Assembly (NCBI GenBank): GCA_963754315.1
Contig: CAVWFS010000007.1
Span: 224,001-288,000, forward strand
Source: an uncultured Candidatus Rokubacteria bacterium
GTDB lineage: Bacteria > Methylomirabilota > Methylomirabilia > Rokubacteriales > CSP1-6
DNA length: 64,000 nucleotides
Reading direction: 5' to 3'
Positions 54,362 to 64,000 of this stretch are shown piece after piece. How positions within the stretch are numbered: the stretch's first letter is position 1; each line of letters starts with the position of its first letter. The translations under genes and the position numbers were made by a program. The notes under the pieces are model-generated. The model saw nothing but the letters and a program-made list of their open reading frames with translations. It was not told the origin of the DNA and did no database searches.

Positions 54362-56287
54362 TCACTGCAGATATGCGCGCAGACCGACCATGGCGTTGAT
54401 GCCGAGAGCGGGGAAACCGAGCACCTCGTCATAACTCTGATTGGTGAGGTTCTGTATCCTCAGGGTCGCTTCCAGCCGGTTGAGCATCCCATGGCGGCCA
54501 AGCAGCAGGAGGGTTCCGCCGGTGTCGATCCGGAAGTATCCGGGATTGCGTCCGGCGAACGATGACTCGAGCTGGCTCGAGAGCACGTTGGCCTGCATGA
54601 AGAGGGTGAGACGGCTGAACGGCGTCACCGTGACCCCGGCGTTGATGGTGTTGCGAGGGACGCGGCGCAGCTCATCTCCGGTGTCGAGATTCGGTAGCGT
54701 CCAGGTACATGTAGGTGGCGTAGAAGCCGAGCCAGTCGAACGGGTCAAAGTTCGCGTAGGACTCCATGCCCTGGATGCGAGCGCGGCCAACGTTCTCGGG
54801 TATGAAGAGAAGGGTGGCGGGATCGAAGGCGAACTGGATCAGGTTACGGAAGTCGTTGTGGAAATAGGTCGCCCCGAATCGAATGCGGTCCTTCCACAGG
54901 CGCTGGTCGAAGCCGATCTCCCAGCTCGTGCTTTCCTCGGGCTTGAGGTTCGAATTGGAGAAGCCGGGGAAGAAGAGGTCATTGATGGTCGGCGCCCGGA
55001 ATCCCTGCCCCCACGCGAAGCGTAGCTTGCTGCCCGTCTCCTTGATGACGAGGGCGGCCGAGGCGCGTCCCGTGAGGCTCGTCCCGAATTGACTGTTGTC
55101 CTCCCAGCGCAGGCCCCCGCCGAGGAAGATCCGATCGAAGAGGCTGACCTCGTCCTGACCGAAGAAGGCCAACGTGTTCAACGTTGTCGAGAAGTCGGTG
55201 GGGAAGGTTCCTCGGGTGACGTTCGTGCCCGATTCGCTGCGGTACTCCCAGCCGAGGGTCAAGGTATTCCACTTTGGAATCGTGAACGTGCTGAGCAGGT
55301 CGGCCTGCAGCCGCTGGGTGTCAATCTGCTCGAGGATGATGTCCGTCCCGGGAGGTGGCCGATTCTGAAAGCCGGACGATGTTGAACCATTGGCCGACGC
55401 TGGCCTTCATGTCCCACCACTCGAAGATCTTTTGCGTGTAGACGAGATTGTAGAGACCGTTCGTCCTCTGGCTCTTCGAATTGGGATCGAGGACGGTGGG
55501 AGACGTCGAGAAGATGGGCAGCTCGAGGTCGAGATACGAGTAGCGACCCGTGAGCGATAGCTCGCCGCGCCACGGAAAGTCGTAGCCGACCCGGCCCGAG
55601 ACCGACGTCTGGCCCGTGTCGTCGTTGGGCAGATTGCCGTTGGTGTTGAACTGACTGCCCGTCAGGTTGAAGTTGAAGCCCCCGTAGGCGCCCTGCACGT
55701 TGACCTGCTCGCGGAAGGTCGTGTAGTTGCCGCCCTCGACCCACACCTTGGCGCTGGGCGGCCCCTGGCCCTTCTTGGTGATGATGTTGACGACCCCGGT
55801 AATGGCATCGGCGCCGTAGAGCGTCGACTGTGGTCCCCGGACGATTTCGATCCGGTCGATCGAGTCGATGGTGATCTCCGACAGATCGGTGGCGCCGAGG
55901 GTCGGGCTGCCGGTACGCAGACCATCCACGAGCACGATGGCGCGCTGCGATCCACCGCCACGGATGCTGATGCTGGTGGACTTGCCGGGGGTCCCCGTGG
56001 TTTGCACATTGACGCCCGGCACTTGCCGGAGCACGTCCGGCAGCTGATCGTAGTTGTACTGCGTGATCTCGTCGCCGGTGACCACGCTGACGGTGGCCCC
56101 GATTCGCTCCTGAGGCGTGGCCACCATCGTCGCCGTCACCACCACGGGATCCAGCCGTCGGGCTTCCTCGGTCGTCGTCCTCCGCCGAGGGGACGGTCTC
56201 CGTGGGCTTCTCGATCTGGATGTCCTGGGCCAGGCCCAGGAGGGGCCAGGCCAGCGCGAGCAGCACAATCATCGAGAGTCGCCACAT
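54362..56287 (-). CDS. btuB: TonB-dependent cobalamin receptor (BtuB-like); frameshifts near 56185, 55378 and 54695
   Basis: Signal peptide, TonB box DPVVVTAT, plug IRG...LVDG...IEIVRGPQSTLYG, FRAP, L.PE.S, NLTN..Y; lies downstream of a B12 riboswitch. Confidence 0.85.
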
Positions 56288-56332
56288 GGTCCACTCCTTC
56301 TTGCGCGAAAGGGTTGGGATGCCAAGGGCCTC

Positions 56333-56510
56333 GAGGCAGGTCTCCTGACTCGTGGATCAGCGCGAGCGTCCTCACCTTCCCATCCGCACCGCGGACAGTG
56401 GCTCCGTCGAACGGACCTGGACGTCGCTCCCCACACACAGTGGCGCGACCGTGCCGGCTTGAGCTCGTCGAGCCGTACCGGCTTCCCTCACCGCGAGGCC
56501 GTCATGTCAA
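56333..56510 (-). ncRNA. Cobalamin riboswitch upstream of btuB
   Basis: AGGGAAGCCGGT...CCGGCACGGTCGCGCCACTGT...GCCACTG...GGGAAGG...AGTCAGGAGACCTGCC (B12 box). Ends approximate. Confidence 0.88.
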
Positions 56511-56521
56511 CTCGAGCGCGA

Positions 56522-57340
56522 TCACCCCCTCTCCGGCCACGTCACCTGCACCTGCAGGCGGCCGTGGGCGAGCGACCGCTCCACCAAGACCGGACAGCCA
56601 TAGACAGTACGCAGCAGCGACTCCTCCAGAACTTCAGCAGGGGGCCCCAGACGCGCGATCCGCCCCTCGGCGAGCAGCACGAGGCGATCGCATAGCTGAG
56701 CGGCCAGGGTGAGATCGTGGGAGACGAGGAGCACGCTGGTGCCGCGCTCGCGGTTCACCCGCGCGAGGAGCGTCGCACACTCCATCTGGTACCGCAGATC
56801 GAGATGGGCGGTGGGTTCGTCGAGGATCAGGAGCCTCGGCTGCTGGGCAAGGGCACGCGCGAGCATGGCCCGCTGGCGTTCACCCCCGCTGAGGATCTCG
56901 ACCGGCAGCGATGCCAGCTCCAGCACGCCGGTGGCGGCCATGGCTTCTCGCGCGATGGCCACGTCCTCCTCGCGCTCGAAGAACCGTCCGGGGGCGTGCG
57001 GATAGCGGCCCATCAACACGAGCTGCTCGACCGAGAACCGGAGAGCCGGTGGGGCCTCCTGCGGCACCACCGCCAGCTGACAGGCCAACTCCCAGGCGCT
57101 GAGACTCGTCAGGGCGCGACCGCTCAGCACGATCTGCCCGGCTGACGGGGCGAGCACCCGGGTCATGAGTCGGATCAGTGTGGTCTTCCCGGCGCTGTTC
57201 GGGCCGATCACACCCAGGATCTCCCCGGGTGCGATCACGAAGGAGACGCTGGACATCGTGAAGGGGCGTGCCCGTCGCCCGGCCGCTCCTGGATACGCGA
57301 ACCCGACACCGTGAAGCTCGAGCACGGAGGTCGACGTCAT
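56522..57340 (-). CDS. btuD: Cobalamin/Fe-chelate ABC ATPase (BtuD/FecE-like)
   Basis: GPNSAGKT, LSGGERQR, LDEPTAHLD. Confidence 0.85.
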   Translation of the reverse strand: MTSTSVLELHGVGFAYPGAAGRRARPFTMSSVSFVIAPGEILGVIGPNSAGKTTLIRLMTRVLAPSAGQIVLSGRALTSLSAWELACQLAVVPQEAPPALRFSVEQLVLMGRYPHAPGRFFEREEDVAIAREAMAATGVLELASLPVEILSGGERQRAMLARALAQQPRLLILDEPTAHLDLRYQMECATLLARVNRERGTSVLLVSHDLTLAAQLCDRLVLLAEGRIARLGPPAEVLEESLLRTVYGCPVLVERSLAHGRLQVQVTWPERG

Positions 57341-58356
57341 ACGAGCGTTCGTGCCCGCGTACGCAGCAAGTACACGAAGAAGGGAGCGCCACAGAACGAC
57401 GTGATCACTCCCACCGATAGCTCGGCGGGAGCCACGATGTTGCGCGCGACCGTATCGGCCACGAGCAGAAAGGCGCCACCGGCCACGAGGGCGGTGGGCA
57501 CGAGCAGTCGATTGTCTTGACCGAGCCAGCCCCGGAGGAGATGGGGCACGATGAGGCCCACGAAGCCGATCGGCCCTGCGAAGGCCACCACCGTCGCGGT
57601 CAACAGCGCGGCGCCCACGAAGATGCGGCGCTTGAGGCGTTCGGCGGCCACACCCATCTGGCGCGCCGTCTCCTCGCCGAGGGCAAACAGGTTCAGGGCC
57701 CTCGCCTGCCCGAGAATCAGCCAGAACCCTACAGCCACCAAGAGCGCGAAGACCACGAGCGGTCCCGGCGGAACCGGGGCCAGGTTGCCGAAGAGCCAGT
57801 GGACGACGCCGCCGAGGCGATTCAAGTCGATCACCGAGATGAGCACGGTGATGGCGGACGAGAAGAAGATCCCGACGATCACGCCGGACAGGAGCAAGGT
57901 CTGAATGGACAGGACGCTTCCCGCCGAGGCGATCGTGTAGACGGCCGCCGCCGCCACCAGGGCCCCCGCGAACGCGAGCGCCGTGAGTCCGAGCGCGGCC
58001 AGAATCGTCGATCCCAGGCCAAACATCTGCCCGGTGACAACACCAAAGGCGGCGCCGGCTGATACGCCGAGAATGGCCGGCTCGGCGAGGGGGTTTCGGG
58101 TCAGCGCCTGGAAGCCCACCCCCGCCACGGCCAGCGACCCGCCCGCGAGGACTGCAGCGATGATCCGGGGCAGCCGCAGACTGAGCGTCACTGCGCTCTC
58201 GATGGACTCCGGAGCGGCGCGCCCTGTCAGCGCGCGGACGACGCCCTCCGGCGAGACGGGCGCGCTGCCGAGAAACAAGGCCACGAACGCCAGGGCGAGG
58301 AGGAACGCGCAGAGGGGGAACAGCAGGAGCGCCAGCCGTCCGGCGGTAGGCAGCAC
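57337..58356 (-). CDS. btuC: Cobalamin ABC permease (BtuC/FecCD family)
   Basis: LRLPR, RNPLAEP.ILGVS.GA, GPIGFVGLIVPH, GAPFF. Confidence 0.88.
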   Translation of the reverse strand: MLPTAGRLALLLFPLCAFLLALAFVALFLGSAPVSPEGVVRALTGRAAPESIESAVTLSLRLPRIIAAVLAGGSLAVAGVGFQALTRNPLAEPAILGVSAGAAFGVVTGQMFGLGSTILAALGLTALAFAGALVAAAAVYTIASAGSVLSIQTLLLSGVIVGIFFSSAITVLISVIDLNRLGGVVHWLFGNLAPVPPGPLVVFALLVAVGFWLILGQARALNLFALGEETARQMGVAAERLKRRIFVGAALLTATVVAFAGPIGFVGLIVPHLLRGWLGQDNRLLVPTALVAGGAFLLVADTVARNIVAPAELSVGVITSFCGAPFFVYLLRTRARTLV

Positions 58357-59246
58357 TACTTGAAGGCCTCCGGATGGATGGCCCGGGCGATCTGGGCGAG
58401 CCCGTCGATCATTCGCGGTCCGTAGCGGTGCATGAGATCCCCGTCGACCGCATGCAGTCGGCCGGACTTGATGGCCGGCAAGCCCGCGAGCCGCTCCCAC
58501 TTGTCCTTGACGGTGGCGCCCGTGCGCGAGCCGTGACTGGCGAGCAAGATCACCTCGGGCGCCGCCGCCACCGCAGCCTCCAGGCTGTAGCGCGGATAGG
58601 CGTCTCCGTCGACGGCCGTGACGCTGCGTCCGCCCGCGATCTCGATCAGCTCCGTCACGAGGGCATGGCGACCCGGCACGATGAGAGGCTCGGGCCAGAG
58701 CACGTAGAGGACGCGGGGCGCGCGGAACGGCTGTACGCGAGCGCGGATCCTTGCGATGCGCTCGTTCATCTGGGCCACCAGCGCGGCCACCGCATGCGGG
58801 CGCCCCGTCAGCTCACCGATGCGCGCAACGAGATCGAACACCTCGCCCACGCGGTCGGCGTTGACGATGTAGGTCGGGAGCCCCAGTCGCCGGAGCTGCA
58901 AGAACGTCTCTTCGCGATTTCCGGCCGTGGTGGCCACCACCAGATCAGCCCGCAACGCCGTGATGGCCTCGAGGCTAGGCGAGACCATTCCCCCCACGCT
59001 CGGCTTGTGGAGCGCGGCCGGCGGATAGTCGCAGAAGTCAGTCCGGCCGACGAGACGGTCCTCCCCCCCGAGGGCGTAGATCAGCTCGGTGACGCTCGGT
59101 ACGAGAGAGACGATGCGGGTCGGAGGTCCGGCGAGGGTGACCTCGCGGCCGGTCATATCGCGATACGTGAGGGCGAACGTGGGCCTCGCCGTGACGAGGC
59201 AGAGTAACGCGAGCAAGGCCACTCGAACCGTCGTCGACGGCCTCAT
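58356..59246 (-). CDS. btuF: Cobalamin-binding periplasmic protein
   Basis: Signal peptide, RIVSLVPSVTE, CDYP, RYGPR. Confidence 0.88.
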   Translation of the reverse strand: MRPSTTVRVALLALLCLVTARPTFALTYRDMTGREVTLAGPPTRIVSLVPSVTELIYALGGEDRLVGRTDFCDYPPAALHKPSVGGMVSPSLEAITALRADLVVATTAGNREETFLQLRRLGLPTYIVNADRVGEVFDLVARIGELTGRPHAVAALVAQMNERIARIRARVQPFRAPRVLYVLWPEPLIVPGRHALVTELIEIAGGRSVTAVDGDAYPRYSLEAAVAAAPEVILLASHGSRTGATVKDKWERLAGLPAIKSGRLHAVDGDLMHRYGPRMIDGLAQIARAIHPEAFK

Positions 59247-59253
59247 CGTCCCC

Positions 59254-60315
59254 TCACTGCGGGCCGTCGACACCAGCCGCCTTGAACGTGGCCATCTCCG
59301 CGTAGATTCGGGCTGCGGCTCGCGCCAGATGGATGAAGAGGGCCGCCCCCGTGCCCTCGCCGAGCCGCAGCGAGAGATCGAGATAGGGCGCCAGACCGAG
59401 GTGTCGGAGGGCCACGGCGTGTCCAGGCTCGGCAGAGTGGTGAGCCGCGAAGAGCACCCCGCCTACGGCCGGAGCCACGGTAGCGGCCAGCAGGGCGGCG
59501 GCCGTGGCGATGAATCCATCGATGACGACCGGCACTCGTTCGGCGGCGCCGACCAGCATCACGCCCGCCAGGCCTCCGATCTCGAAACCGCCCACCTTGG
59601 CGAGCACGTCAACGGCATCCCTGCGATCCGGCCGATTGCGATCGAGGGCCCGCTCGACGACCTGAACTTTGTGCCGCCACCCGGCCTCGTCGATACCAGT
59701 TCCCCGTCCGGTGACGGCCGCCGGCGGCGCGCCCGTGATGGCGGCGGTGATGGCGCTGGCAGCGGTGGTGTTCCCGATGCCCATTTCTCCCGTCCCGAGC
59801 AGATCGGCGCCCTCGGCGATAGCCGCCGCCGCCAGCGATGCCCCTGCCTCCAAGGCTTGCAGCGCTTGTGGACGGCTCATGGCCGGGCCCCGCGCCATGT
59901 TGGCGGTACCGGCGCCGATCCGGCAGTCCACGAGCCCTGGGGAGCTGACAAGGGGGTTGACGACGCCGAAGTCGGCCACCACCACGCGCGCATTGGCGTC
60001 TCGCGCGAGAACGTTGATCGCGGCGCCGCCGCGCAGGAAGTTCTCCACCATCTGTCCCGTGACGCTCTGGGGATAGGCGCTCACGCGCTCCGCCACGACG
60101 CCATGGTCCGCGGCGAAGGTGAAGAGGACTGGTCGCTCCACGTGCGGCGTGCCGCCGCTCAGCACGGCGAGCCGCCACGCGATCTCCTCCAGACGTCCCA
60201 GGCTGCCCGGAGGTTTGGTCAGGCTGTCCAGATGTCGTTGGACGGCCTCGCCCGCCGCGAGATCCAGCGGTACGATCCGCTCAACCAGCCTGGACAGTCG
60301 AGATGGGAGACTCAT
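59254..60315 (-). CDS. cobT: Nicotinate-nucleotide--dimethylbenzimidazole phosphoribosyltransferase
   Basis: LTKPPGSLGRLE, ADHGV, GEMGIGNTT, DGFI, RLGEGTGA. Confidence 0.95.
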   Translation of the reverse strand: MSLPSRLSRLVERIVPLDLAAGEAVQRHLDSLTKPPGSLGRLEEIAWRLAVLSGGTPHVERPVLFTFAADHGVVAERVSAYPQSVTGQMVENFLRGGAAINVLARDANARVVVADFGVVNPLVSSPGLVDCRIGAGTANMARGPAMSRPQALQALEAGASLAAAAIAEGADLLGTGEMGIGNTTAASAITAAITGAPPAAVTGRGTGIDEAGWRHKVQVVERALDRNRPDRRDAVDVLAKVGGFEIGGLAGVMLVGAAERVPVVIDGFIATAAALLAATVAPAVGGVLFAAHHSAEPGHAVALRHLGLAPYLDLSLRLGEGTGAALFIHLARAAARIYAEMATFKAAGVDGPQ

Positions 60316-60839
60316 GCGGCGGCACTTTCACATCCAGGGGAAGACCGGCGACCATGAGGACCACCCGGTCGGCCGCGGCCGCGACCCGCTGGTTCACGAG
60401 GCCGAGGAGATCCCGGAAGCGGAGGCCATCTTTCGAGTCAGGGTGGATTCCCTCGCCGACTTCGTTGGAGACAACGCTGAGCGCGCAGGGACGGCGACGA
60501 ATCAGGGCGGCCAGGGCATCGGTCTCGGCCAGGATGTCCTCATCACGGTCACCGCGCAGCATGCGATTGGCGGCCCACACGGTGAGGCAATCGACGAGGA
60601 CGGCGTCGGCGGCGCGCACGATGGCGGTCAGGCGCGCCACCAGATCGAACGGCTCCTCCACCGTCGTCCAGGCGGGAGGGCGCTCCGCCCGGTGGCGGGC
60701 GATGCGCGCCGCCATGTCGAGATCGCCCGGCTTGGGCGGTCGCGACAAACGTGACGCGACCGCGCGAGGGCTGACGGGCCAACGCGAAGCGGCTCTTGCC
60801 GCTGCGTGCGCCCCCGAGAACAAACAGCGAAGGCACCAT
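60281..60839 (-). CDS. cobU: Adenosylcobinamide kinase/guanylyltransferase; frameshift near 60730
   Basis: GGARSGKS and ATA in one frame; RIARHR..RP..W.T.EE, DCLT.W, SNEVG, FRD..G..NQ in the next. Confidence 0.9.
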
Positions 60840-60881
60840 GAGCCCCGACCCTCCCGCGAAGACCGGTATAGTGAAAGGCGC

Positions 60882-61035
60882 GCGGGCAGGTCTCCTGGCT
60901 CACGGATCGTCCTACTCCCCGCGCCTTCCCAGCCCTGCGGCCAGTGACTCTTGCGGGTTTCGTCCCCGATTACAGTGACGGGGTCGCGGCGGTCTCTCAC
61001 CGCCTTCCCTGGGCCCCTGAGGGGCATCCCGGACG
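60882..61035 (-). ncRNA. Cobalamin riboswitch at the head of the cob/btu operon
   Basis: AGGGAAGGCGGTGAGAGACCGCCGCGACCCCGTCACTGTAATCGGGGA...GTCACTGG...GGGAAGG...AGCCAGGAGACCTGCC. Ends approximate. Confidence 0.92.
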
Positions 61036-61096
61036 CCGACGCGGACGCACGGTAGCAGAATTAGCAGGCGGTCGCAAGAATGGTACGATCACTGCG

Positions 61097-61158
61097 ATGC
61101 GCACTACCATCGACTCAGCTGGTCGCTTGGTCATACCGAAAGGTCTGACGCACTCCTC

Positions 61159-61162
<4 letters not shown>
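61097..61162 (+). pseudogene. 21-codon stub of an AbrB/MazE/SpoVT-type antitoxin
   Basis: MRTTIDSAGRLVIPK matches the swapped-hairpin N-terminus, then an early stop. Preceded by TGgTACGAT; no toxin gene follows. Confidence 0.6.

Positions 61163-64000
<2,838 letters not shown>

Overview
High-GC bacterial chromosomal window with no CRISPR array, integrase or transposase. The gene repertoire resembles Candidatus Rokubacteria/Methylomirabilota, which is an inference and was not verified. From left to right: (1) EamA transporter and queF. (2) A ~14.6 kb minus-strand catabolic operon for an unknown substrate: Tat-exported binding protein, hydantoinase/oxoprolinase A+B, xanthine-dehydrogenase-family Mo enzyme (M/S/L), PotABC-like ABC transporter, ComDE-like TPP decarboxylase, 2 SDRs and a Zn-ADH. 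(3) A class III polyhydroxyalkanoate locus (phasin-like, phaR, phaB, phaJ-like, phaE, phaC) joined to a FadR-like TetR, crotonase, SDR and SCP2, with a visible candidate operator array. (4) metH. (5) A receiver-less sigma54 activator, a nucleotide-sugar dehydrogenase, two stand-alone receivers and tRNA-Val(CAC). (6) A compact type II FAS/PKS-like cluster: 2 KS, 2 inactive CLF-like proteins, ACP, GT2, ABC exporter, polysaccharide deacetylase and a lipoprotein with a putative Cys-His-Asp triad. This is the best candidate for an undescribed system. (7) A housekeeping block, argS-SPOR-hpt-ftsH-folP-glmM-acpS-nnr-tsaE-radC. (8) A cobamide uptake/salvage operon (cobU, cobT, btuFCD, btuB, cbiZ, tonB, cobQ, cbiB) with two cobalamin riboswitches. 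(9) A truncated AbrB-type antitoxin stub coupled to a Cache-HAMP-GAF-GAF histidine kinase that runs off the window. At least 12 frameshifts, including one in the essential argS, point to sequencing or assembly indel errors, so split genes were reconstructed by hand. All calls come from reading motifs by eye; no database searches were run.
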